Shown: in pieces, positions 9,690 to 17,943 of the stretch
Layout of the letters: each line of letters opens with the position of its first letter
Numbering within the stretch: position 1 is the stretch's first letter
Assembly: GCA_046758445.1 (NCBI GenBank)
Contig: JBHIAE010000053.1
Location: 1 to 19,113 of the forward strand
DNA length: 19,113 nt
Direction of reading: 5' to 3'
Source: Candidatus Thorarchaeota archaeon
GTDB lineage: Archaea; Asgardarchaeota; Thorarchaeia; Thorarchaeales; Thorarchaeaceae
Translations under genes and position numbers: made by a program
The notes under the pieces: model-generated
The model's input: the letters and a program-made list of their open reading frames with translations, nothing else
What the model was told of the DNA's origin: nothing
The model's database searches: none

Positions 9690-10712
9690 CTATAGTCGTT
9701 GTGCTACGAATTCCGCTTCCCTAATGCCGCGCTCAATTCCCTTCTCAGTGAATTCGAATGCACCGTGGCGCACGAGTATGTTCTCGTAGAACACTGGTTC
9801 ATTCTCCTTGAGTGCCTGGATGAAGTTTGTCTGATCGACGTCGAACTGACCCGCGAGAGCAAGTAGAGCCCTGCCTATGTTGTCCACGGCCCGTCGCATC
9901 TCTAACACTGCAAGCTCATAGTCCCCCGACAATGTACAGTTCGTTGCGCCATGATACTCTCTTTGGGCTCTTGTCAGGAGTTCCATTGCATATTCATCTA
10001 CAGTGCCTTCGCCAAAGCGACTCTCTGCTATCTCAATCCACTCTCTAATCTCCTCAAGGGTCTCCATCAGCTGTTCTTCTTCCATTCCCTTGAGCTTGTA
10101 GGTCCTGAGGAAGAGGGGATATGAAACCGGGTCGAGAAGACGTATCTCGGTGAGCACCTCCGAAGGCTTCATGATTGAGAAGTAGTTGTTCTTCATTACT
10201 ACTACTCTTCCTAAGTCGAAGAGTGCGCTGCGCAGGTCGTGAATTGCGCTGATTGTGTCGCCAGACTCAGCGTTCTTCTTCGCACTGTTCAATGTTAGAA
10301 GCGCACGCTCTTTGACACTGTCGATTGCTTCCTCCGACCATACAAACTCGGAAGCCCGTTTCTGCCAGCCTTTCAGCCACCCGCGCGTATCATGGACCAC
10401 CTGCGCATTCTTCAAGATTCCAATGATCTCCGCAACGCGAAGCGGATCGACTGTCTTCCCTTCGAGTGCATCCTCCACTACTTTTGGAGTCAGAAAATAC
10501 AAGTCAATGCGAACGCCTTTGTGTTCTGCGAAGAGTTGTGCAGGAGGTTCAGGATCATCCCATATGACCCCGAGGTCAAGGTCCGAAGTAGCCGTCAATG
10601 TCCCTCTCACAAACGACCCATAGACGAAAATCCCCTTCACCTTGTCGTGTTTCTTCCATTCTTTCACTGTGTCCTTTAATGCTGTATTGAACTTCTTTTG
10701 CAGATCAAACAC
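9690..10712 (-). CDS. Nucleotidyltransferase (Pol-beta superfamily) fused to helical HEPN-like domains
   Basis: YGSFVRG....SDLD...RID catalytic motifs, and two C-terminal helical units (A..N...GD...A...L...L; A.......GDY..A......A) resembling HEPN/substrate-binding domains. GTG start with RBS GAGGTG. Confidence 0.8.
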   Translation of the reverse strand: MFDLQKKFNTALKDTVKEWKKHDKVKGIFVYGSFVRGTLTATSDLDLGVIWDDPEPPAQLFAEHKGVRIDLYFLTPKVVEDALEGKTVDPLRVAEIIGILKNAQVVHDTRGWLKGWQKRASEFVWSEEAIDSVKERALLTLNSAKKNAESGDTISAIHDLRSALFDLGRVVVMKNNYFSIMKPSEVLTEIRLLDPVSYPLFLRTYKLKGMEEEQLMETLEEIREWIEIAESRFGEGTVDEYAMELLTRAQREYHGATNCTLSGDYELAVLEMRRAVDNIGRALLALAGQFDVDQTNFIQALKENEPVFYENILVRHGAFEFTEKGIERGIREAEFVAQRL

Positions 10713-10854
10713 GACGCGCGCACCTCTCCACGGGCATTACAGCAGAATCGGTGGTATTCAATTGCATGGGCTTGTCAATAAAGCTATCTAGTGGAATCAT
10801 TCGCCCATGAGAAATAATAGGTGGAGATGCCTTTCTGAACTAGAGTTGGCCATA

Positions 10855-11559
10855 TTGACCCGCATTGATGGGCGAACAAATGATGAGCTCAGACCTATAG
10901 AGATACTGCGTGGATTCCTGAAGTACCCCGAAGGCTCAGTCCTGATCAGTGCGGGGGAAACAAGAGTGATCTGCACTGCAACTGTGGAAGAGGGAGTTCC
11001 TGGTTGGCTCAACAATCAGAATCAAGGTTGGGTGACGGCCGAATACGCAATGTTGCCTCGTGCTACAGAAGACAGAACCAATCGAAGCAGAGTGAGTGGT
11101 CGCGGTGCTGAGATACAGCGACTGATAGGCAGGTCTCTGAGAGCGGCAGTCGACCTTGCTCGACTTGGTGATAACACCGTTAGGATTGACTGTGACGTCA
11201 TTCAGGCTGATGGAGGAACTCGAACGGTCGCTGTAACCGGAGGATATGTTGCCTTAGTGGATGCCCTAACATACATGGTCGACATGGACATGATACCTGA
11301 AGTCCCACTTCATGGCAATGTCGCGGCTGTAAGTGTGGGTGTAGTGAACGATGCCACACTCCTTGACCTCTGTTACGTCGAGGATGCCCAGGCGGATGTG
11401 GACATGAATGTGGTCATGCGCGACAATGAGTTTGTCGAGGTACAAGGAACTGCTGAAGGCCTACCCTTCGGTCGAGGAACCCTTGACGAGCTTCTCAGTC
11501 TCGCCTCAAAAGGCATAGGAGAACTCATAGAAGCACAGAAGAGTGCCCTCTCGGAATGA
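10855..11559 (+). CDS. rph: Ribonuclease PH (bacterial type)
   Basis: R.DGR..DELRP, EGSVL, GWVTAEYAMLPRAT, GR..EIQRLIGRSLRA, DCDVIQADGGTRT, LLDLCY.ED..A.VDMN and EVQGTAEG. The ORF is open from ATG 10807; TTG 10855 fits the usual N-terminus. Confidence 0.93.
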   Translation: MTRIDGRTNDELRPIEILRGFLKYPEGSVLISAGETRVICTATVEEGVPGWLNNQNQGWVTAEYAMLPRATEDRTNRSRVSGRGAEIQRLIGRSLRAAVDLARLGDNTVRIDCDVIQADGGTRTVAVTGGYVALVDALTYMVDMDMIPEVPLHGNVAAVSVGVVNDATLLDLCYVEDAQADVDMNVVMRDNEFVEVQGTAEGLPFGRGTLDELLSLASKGIGELIEAQKSALSE

Positions 11560-11646
11560 TGGGTCCATTTCGACCACATCAACGTTAATTGGCTTGTAGC
11601 CAGTCAGGTGAGGGAGATGTTTCAGCAAGAAATGTGCATCCGGCGT

Positions 11647-11656
11647 AAGCTTTATC
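11647..11656 (+). promoter_or_regulatory. Putative upstream rRNA promoter P1 (BRE/TATA)
   Basis: AAGCTTTATC shares AAGCTTTA with the promoter 114 bp downstream; tandem promoters are common for rRNA. Confidence 0.4.
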
Positions 11657-11757
11657 TTGGATTGACGGGCAGTTAGTCTGCTTTCGTCGAGTAGAGAAGG
11701 CGTTGTTCGGCGGCTATAGAAGGTCGCTGTAGGCTGTTCTGGCGAACCTCGACGTAC

Positions 11758-11772
11758 AGCAAGCTTTAAATC
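11758..11772 (+). promoter_or_regulatory. Putative rRNA promoter P2 (BRE/TATA)
   Basis: agcAAGCTTTAAATc lies about 25 nt before the first hairpin of the structured leader (11794). Confidence 0.6.
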
Positions 11773-11944
11773 GTCGGCCAAGACGGCTGACGGAGCGCGC
11801 ACCCCATTGAGTGGGTTGTGTGCTTGAGGTCCGGATTCCGGCGCGGTTAGGCTGGATGAAGGCCCATCGGGACCAGACCGAAGGAAGGAGTCATTCCCGA
11901 TGGGGGACCGTCGAAGCGGACAGTTCGATGCGGTGCTGTGCACC

Positions 11945-12032
11945 AAGGGTTGTCTCGCTGAGATTGCAGAGGATGGAGGCATACGTACACAAAATTGATG
12001 TTACAACTCCTTGGCAACAGGTAATACTGTGC
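11945..12032 (+). other. 5' strand of the pre-23S processing stem with bulge-helix-bulge motif
   Basis: Pairings: 11966-11980 with 15437-15451; 12001-12009 with 15421-15429; 12010-12018 with 15407-15415; AGGT 12019-22 with ACCT 15400-03; bulge AAT 12023-25; ACTGTGC 12026-32 with GCACAGT 15393-99. Confidence 0.88.
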
Positions 12033-14751
12033 CGGTCTCATAAGTAGGACTACGAATGCTGTACGGCCGCTGGTGGATGACTGTGGTTGGCTAGCCGATG
12101 AAGGGCGTCACGAGCTGCGAAAAGCCTGGGGTAGACGCATGAAGTCTTTGATCCCAGGATCCCCGAATTGGACTTCCTCGTGTGGGCTAATAACCTGCAT
12201 GGATCCAGTGTCACAGCTGGATTGGGAACGCTCGGAACTGAAGCATCTTAGTACGGGCAGGAAGAGAAAACAATAGTGATTCCGTGACTAACGGCGAGCG
12301 AAAGCGGAACAGGCCAAACTGAATCTTCACGCGAAGAGTGTGAGGAGATGTGGTGTGTGGGCCTCGAACTTATTGCCGACGTGCCTAAGCCGAAATCGTC
12401 TGGAACGACGCGGCAAAGAGGGTGACACCCCCGTAGGCGTAAAGCACGGGCATGTTTGAGGTTCCCGAGTAGCGCGGGTTGGGTTTCTCGCGTGAACGTC
12501 GCAGGTACAATCTGCGAAGCCTAAATACTCAGCCAAACCGATAGCAGACTAGTAGCGCGAGCGAAAGTTGAAAAGCGCCGCGGGAGCGGGGTGAAAAGCA
12601 CCTGAAACCAGTGGTCTACTCAAAGGATGCTGATTAAAAGAGGAGATGCTCGGGGAACGAAACAGGAGCGATCCTGGAGTAGGACCCGAGTGGATCGAAT
12701 CGGCATCATCCGTCTTGAAACACGGGCCAGGGAGTTCATGGGCGTGGCAAGGATAAGGCGTAAAGCCGTAAACGAAGCGAAAGCAACAAGCCCGCAGCCG
12801 CTTGCGGTGAGGGGCGACGTGTGATAAGTGCGTGAAGTCACTCCCGTGACACGAGAAACCAGTCGATCTTGGCCTGGGCAGGGTGAAGCCGGGCGAAAGC
12901 TCGGTGGAGGCCCGAAAGGGTGCTGACGTGCAACTCGTTCCGTTGACCTGGGCGAAGGGGTAAAAGGCTTATCTAGACTGGTGATTGCTCGTTCTCCGCG
13001 AAGTTGGTCGTAGCCAAGCCCCGCTTGAGGTATCATGTGGTGTAGAGCACTTTCGGATGTGCCCGGGGGTCGATAAGACCTCCACCATCCTGAAAACTCC
13101 GAAGCTGCATGAACCGTAGACGGCGGGAGACGGGTGCCCGGGGTAAGCCCGGCAGGCCGAGATGGGGAGAACCGAGAGTACGGTTAAGGTCCCTAAATGC
13201 CAGATAAGTGCGGTGAAGAAGGGTGTCGAGAGCCCAAAACAGTCTGGGGGTGAGCTTAGAGGCAGCTATCCCCGAACGAAAGCGTAACAGCTCACAGACC
13301 GAGGCTCTCGGCCTTGAAAATGGACGGGGCTAAATCTGGCTACCGAGACCGTACGGCACGTGGGTAGAACCGCGTGATCCGGTAGCGGAGCGACCCGGTT
13401 GGGCAGAAGTAGGGCCGTGAGGTCCTGTGGACCGTCCGGGTTTGATGATCCTGGCAGTAGTAACAGCAAAGCATGGTGAGAATCCATGTCACCGAAAGGG
13501 AAAGGGTTCTTCGGCAATGCGTCGTCAGCCGAAGCTTAGTCGATCCTAAGTGGCGTCGTAATTCGAGCGTCACGAAAGGGAATCAGGTCAATATTCCTGA
13601 ACCTCGGAAGTACGATTCGCGGCAACGCTAAGCCGGACTTGTGACTCATCTGGACAAGCCAAGCACAGCTCTCGCTGTGTTTAACACTATAAGGGTGCTG
13701 AGTACCGTAATGGTGAGAGGCAGCCGAAAGGTGGAATAGCGAGTGGTCGGACACTCGTTTGGCCCATTCCTGGTGACCATGAAAAGCGAGTCCGGAAGGA
13801 TCTTCCGAGTCCGTACCCAGATCTGACACAGGTTCCCTGGCTGAGAAGGCCAAGGTGTATCGGAGTCACCCCTCCTGAGGGAAATCGGCCAATTAGCAGC
13901 GTAACTTCGGGAGATGCTGTGCCTGGGTTAGTGCAAGCTTTCCCAGGTCTTAGTAACTAGGGGGTCCCAACTGTTTAATACAAACATAGCTGACTGCGAA
14001 CGGGAAACCGCGAGTACAGTCAGTGAATCCTGGTCTGTGCCTGTCAGTTAAAGCTCAGGAATGGGCCTAAGCTCAGGTTAACGCCGGGACTAACTATGAG
14101 TCTCTTAAGGTAGCCAAATGCCTTGTCGGTTAAATGCCGACGTGCATGAAGGGAGCAATGAGGTCCCCACTGTCCCCAGGAGGGCTCCGGTGAACCTACA
14201 CCGTACCGAACAGTGTACGTAGCGCCAATGGGAAGAGAAGTCCCTGCGGAGGTTTACTACGCAGTCTGTCATTGCCATTTCGGGCAATGTGCAGAGCATA
14301 GTCAGGAGCGTCGAACCACTCTCTCTGGGGAGTGGGAATGCGACCGTGTAATACTGACCATGTTGTCTGGGATGGCTAACCTAAGCCAAGCGAGCTTAGG
14401 AACACTGGCAGATAGGCAGTTGGGCTGGGGCGGCACACGGCTGACAAGAGATCAGCTGTGACCAATGCTGAGCTCAGAGGCGACGGAAACGTCTCGTTGA
14501 GATCAAGGGCATAAGCTCGGCTGACAGGATCCCGAACAGCAACGGATTCTGGGTCGAAAGACTGGCCTAGCGAACCTTCACTGGCCAATTGTAAGTGGTG
14601 GAGATGACAAAAAACTTACCCCAGGGGTAACAGAGTTGTCGCGTGCAAGAGTTCATATCGACCACGCGGCTTGCTTCCTCGATGTCGGCTCTTGGTATCC
14701 TGGGATTGCATAAGGTCCCAAGGGTGCGGGTGCTCACCGATTAAAACCGAA

Positions 14752-14782
14752 AAGATCCTTGATTCGTCAGGGGTTTCGGGAA
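14752..14782 (+). other. 31-nt intron-like insertion in 23S rRNA (about E. coli position 2572)
   Basis: Removing 31 nt restores TTAAA-ACCGA-ACGTGAGCTGGG, where ACCGA pairs with TTGGT upstream. The insert is a UUCG-loop hairpin with relaxed BHB junctions. Its boundary can slide by a few nt. Confidence 0.8.
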
Positions 14783-14809
14783 CGTGAGCTGGGTTTAGAC
14801 CGTTGCGAG

Positions 14810-15025
14810 TTTAGCCCGTTCATATCGGTGGTATCGCAGGGCCTTGAGGGAAACAAGACAGATTCCCATTGCCTTCTGTTGTTGTTAATGAGTCAAAGCC
14901 TTAACATTGATAGAAGGTCAAGGCACTCTGATGCCACCTGTGAATGGAGCAGGTCTATTGTGCTAAATCCGAAAGGACAACCACACAGTAGGCTCTGCTT
15001 GGGCGTTGCGCCCTGCTAGAGCAAC
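14810..15025 (+). other. 216-nt structured ORF-less intron-like insertion in 23S rRNA helix 93 (after about G2599)
   Basis: Removal restores GACCGTTGCGAG-ACAGGTTGG. The ends pair (TTAGC/GCTAG; TGC/GCA) in a BHB-like geometry, and the interior is a multibranch of long helices. Confidence 0.85.
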
Positions 15026-15159
15026 ACAGGTTGGTTTCTATCTATTGGCGCTGTCGGATGTCTGATGGCAAGATGAACTCTGTACGAGAGGAACAGTTCG
15101 TCGCGACCTATGGTGTACCCATTGTCTGAGAAGGCACTGTGGGGTAGCTAAGTCGTAAC

Positions 15160-15192
<33 letters not shown>

Positions 15193-15392
15193 GGACCAAA
15201 AAATAGACATCCACTTGCTGAACATCGACTTTCGAAGTCGGCATGGGGCTGGTGACAGCAACGTGTAGTTCAGGAACGAGGACTCTGGTAGAAGACCAGG
15301 TAAATAGGGCGGGGGTGTAAGTACCGAGCTTCGGCGAGGTATTCAGCTCACCGCTACTAATGTCCGAGGCGTGTAGTTTGAAAACGTGACTC

Positions 15393-15463
15393 GCACAGTA
15401 CCTAGAGTTGTCAAGACTGAGAGTTGTAATCGTGTAGCCTCCATCCTTTGTGGGTCAACCTTT
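15393..15463 (+). other. 3' strand of the pre-23S processing stem (BHB bulge AGA 15404-06)
   Basis: Complementary to 11945-12032 as listed for the 5' strand. Confidence 0.88.
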
Positions 15464-15474
15464 CCATTCTTTCT
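15460..15474 (+). terminator. Possible pyrimidine-rich archaeal terminator of the 23S unit
   Basis: CTTTCCATTCTTTCT lies immediately at the end of the processing stem. Confidence 0.35.
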
Positions 15475-15506
15475 ACAAACAAAGGGCCTAGGCCAATAGG
15501 TTTCAA

Positions 15507-15833
15507 TCACAGATACGGGAAGACGTCTTGGTCGAACCACTTCTCAAAGAGCAAACGAATGCCCTCTGAGTCTGGATGCCTGAAACCGCACTCCACACAG
15601 AACCATCCCTCCTCTGTCTTGGGGTCGGAAGCAAAGGTGACCTGTGGCTCAAGGACAACCACCTTTGTGTCAAAATCAATCTCGGCCCAAGCAGAAGAGA
15701 AACGACCATCATAGAAGGACGTGTGACCACAGTCAGGACACTCGAAGAGGTCTGTTCTGTTCGGTCTTGGGGGAGTGGGGCTCAGTATCACAGGGCGAAG
15801 TCGCAGATGATGATAGGGGTCGTGTGAAGTCAT
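15507..15833 (-). CDS. Hypothetical zinc-finger protein
   Basis: 108 aa with FECPDCG and WFCVECG; ATG start preceded by AGGG. Confidence 0.65.
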   Translation of the reverse strand: MTSHDPYHHLRLRPVILSPTPPRPNRTDLFECPDCGHTSFYDGRFSSAWAEIDFDTKVVVLEPQVTFASDPKTEEGWFCVECGFRHPDSEGIRLLFEKWFDQDVFPYL

Positions 15834-16194
15834 ATCCCTGTGTCCTGTATGGACGATTTAAGCCCGTTAGAGGAGGCCATCTTGAGAGGAAGCCCCACGA
15901 TTGCCACGTACTCATGGAAGCCGCTCCCCCATGACGCTCCGCTCTGAGGACTGGCGGGGCCTGACTCTCTGAGTCTAGTATGTTCAATTTGTTCACGTTG
16001 CCCCTGAAAGGCTCACCTTCCAGATAGAAGGATAGAATAAGGGTAGGTGTCGAGGGGAAGGTAGGGTTACATTCCCCTGAACATACAAGCGTCTGGTAAG
16101 AGAGCGATTTACCGGGCGTTAGATTGTAGGTTGCTAAGCCTCCTAAGGTTACAGTTTCAGGGGAAGGTAAGGTGAACGTACCGAGGGAACGCGC

Positions 16195-16419
16195 TCATTC
16201 CTCTTCGTCGTCTGCAACGATAAACCAGAGCAGGTCTTTGGCAATCACAAATCCGCCCACCCTGTAGGGTTCCTCACTATCAGTCATTATCTCCTCCATG
16301 AGCCTCTTGGGTGGGGTCGTAAGGAACTGTGGCTCTCCATCTCTGCGTGTCCGCTTGGTGATCTTCAGTTGATAGATGCGTGTGCACTTTGGATGCCTCG
16401 GCAGTCTAATCACTCTCAA
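16195..16419 (-). CDS. Small protein, possibly AbrB/SpoVT-like DNA-binding (copy A)
   Basis: Paralog of 18411-18635 with mostly synonymous or conservative changes. TTG start after GGGTGA RBS. KITKRTRRDGEPQFLTTPPKRLMEEI resembles the AbrB beta-hairpin/T-x-PK helix pattern. Confidence 0.7.
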   Translation of the reverse strand: MRVIRLPRHPKCTRIYQLKITKRTRRDGEPQFLTTPPKRLMEEIMTDSEEPYRVGGFVIAKDLLWFIVADDEEE

Positions 16420-16447
16420 CGTCTATCACCCACGCCTAGAGATGAAG

Positions 16448-16741
16448 TTACTGGATGACTCTGTGTACTGCGATTCTCTCTGTAAGGGAACTCATGGCCT
16501 CGCTGAACATGAACTCAAGGTGAGCGAGAGCATCATCGATCACAGCATAGTCCTCATCAGTCGAAGGTCCTTCTCATGCCGACTGAAAATCTACACGCGT
16601 GAACTCTCTGAGGGCAAACATACTATGAGTCCTCCCGCGCTCACCATATGGAACGTCATCGCTGTGATAGTTCCTCTCGATTGTCCACCGCTGGTTGAAC
16701 AGCTGCACGTCAACCACGGTGTCTAGGTCGTCCGGCTTCAT
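16448..16741 (-). pseudogene. ORF1 copy A with in-frame TGA at a Trp codon
   Basis: Colinear with 18666-18959. TGA at 16574-16576 aligns with TGG, and the frame continues EGPSTDEDYAVIDDALAHLEFMFSEAMSSLTERIAVHRVIQ to TAA 16448-50. Confidence 0.75.
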
Positions 16742-16774
16742 GTCATCGTGTGCCCCAAGGTCCAATTTGAGCCC

Positions 16775-16811
16775 ACATTATTACTAGTAATAGTGTATGA
16801 GTATATAAGCT
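16775..16811 (-). promoter_or_regulatory. TATA box (TTATATA) plus palindromic operator-like site over the expected start site, copy A
   Basis: The minus strand reads AGCTTATATA, followed by the perfect 14-bp palindrome TATTACTAGTAATA. Both are conserved in copy B. Confidence 0.65.
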
Positions 16812-16863
16812 TCCATGAAAAACCGCAGGCAGCCACAGGACCAAAGGTCCAGCTGCGTCGGAA

Positions 16864-17940
16864 CTATCCAGCGCATAGAGGACTGGTAGCTAGCTTCTCC
16901 AACCTCTTATACTTTCTCTTCACTAGGCCCTCGTCCGCGAACCTGTAGGGCTCTCGCTTCTTCAGCATGTGGAAGCATGCCACAGCGAGCTCCCTTGCAA
17001 CTGCCACGTAGGCCTTGGACTTCCCTCGCCTCTCGCTTATCCTCCTGAACTTCTTCTGGAAGTGGTCATCGTACCTCACAGCTGAGTGTGCCACCTGAAC
17101 CAAGGCCCATCTGACTCTAGGAGATCCCATCTTGGTGATGGCTCCATGATAGCACTTCTCCCCGCTCTGACTGACCCTCGGTGCAAGACCAAGCCAGCTC
17201 ACGAGCTTGCTAGAAGACGGGAATCTGTCAATGTCACCAATCTCACTGACAAACAGCATGGCAACGTAGTAGTCGATTCCGGGAATGGTCATCAGCAGCC
17301 TGATTCTCTCGTCCTCCACTGCCTTTTGCGCGATGACCCTCTCCACATCCTCTACAAGTCCAGTCAGGGCCTTCAGCTGATTTAGATAGGTCTGGAGAAT
17401 GAAGCGCTCTGCCTCTGGCAGCTCAAGTCCATTCAACCATCTGACACCAGCCTTTCCCCACAGTGTGCTCCCCGGATATCTGGGGCAATCACACCTTTCA
17501 AGGAGAGCATGGGTCCGGTTCTTGACTCTCACCCTATCTCTGACCAGGTTCATCCTGACACGAGTCAGCTCACGGACATCTCTCACATTTACAGGGGGCA
17601 CATAGCACGGGGCCACGAGGTCTGCCCTCAACAGGTCAGCAAGCATTGCAGCATCGACCTTGTCGCTCTTCAGCCTGGCCTCAGCGATCGCCTTGGTCTT
17701 CGATGGATTGGAGAGGATGACCTCAACACCACTCTCCTCCAGAGTCAGGAACAGCCTGAGCCACAGATTCCCAGTGCTCTCGATCACTGCCTTGGTCGGT
17801 CTTGCTCCAATGGCCCTGAGAAGTCTGGTGAACCCCTGGTCGGTGTTGAGAAACCTGAACTCCTCAAGAAGGACTCCCCTCTTGTCCTTGATACAGGCAT
17901 AACAGAACTTCTTGTGCACGTCGATTCCAATGTAGATCAA
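16864..17940 (-). CDS. IS110-family DEDD transposase/recombinase
   Basis: DEDD tetrad (YIGIDVHK, IESTG, KSDKVDA), L.TIPGI HhH, and C-terminal GLAPRVSQSG with the catalytic Ser. TTG 17940 is preceded by RBS GAGGTGG; the ORF track start at 18000 runs into the ncRNA. Confidence 0.95.
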   Translation of the reverse strand: MIYIGIDVHKKFCYACIKDKRGVLLEEFRFLNTDQGFTRLLRAIGARPTKAVIESTGNLWLRLFLTLEESGVEVILSNPSKTKAIAEARLKSDKVDAAMLADLLRADLVAPCYVPPVNVRDVRELTRVRMNLVRDRVRVKNRTHALLERCDCPRYPGSTLWGKAGVRWLNGLELPEAERFILQTYLNQLKALTGLVEDVERVIAQKAVEDERIRLLMTIPGIDYYVAMLFVSEIGDIDRFPSSSKLVSWLGLAPRVSQSGEKCYHGAITKMGSPRVRWALVQVAHSAVRYDDHFQKKFRRISERRGKSKAYVAVARELAVACFHMLKKREPYRFADEGLVKRKYKRLEKLATSPLCAG

Positions 17941-17943
17941 TAT

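Larger units (their letters stand above)
15975..16811 (-). repeat. Diverged tandem duplication, copy A (promoter + ORF1 + ORF2 + structured tail)
   Basis: Homologous to about 18268-19029, with an offset of 2218 bp over ORF1 and the promoter. Confidence 0.85.

Noticed and set aside
14810-15025. Group I intron interpretation of the 216-nt insert
   Set aside because: The 5' exon does not end in U, the insert does not end in G, and no P7/S consensus is visible.
15733-16194. Frame stays open for about 150 codons after the TGA of the 74-aa ORF (possible readthrough; includes ORF 15733-15996)
   Set aside because: Copy B has indels and an early stop in the equivalent region, and the frame overlaps the better-supported 15507-15833 gene.
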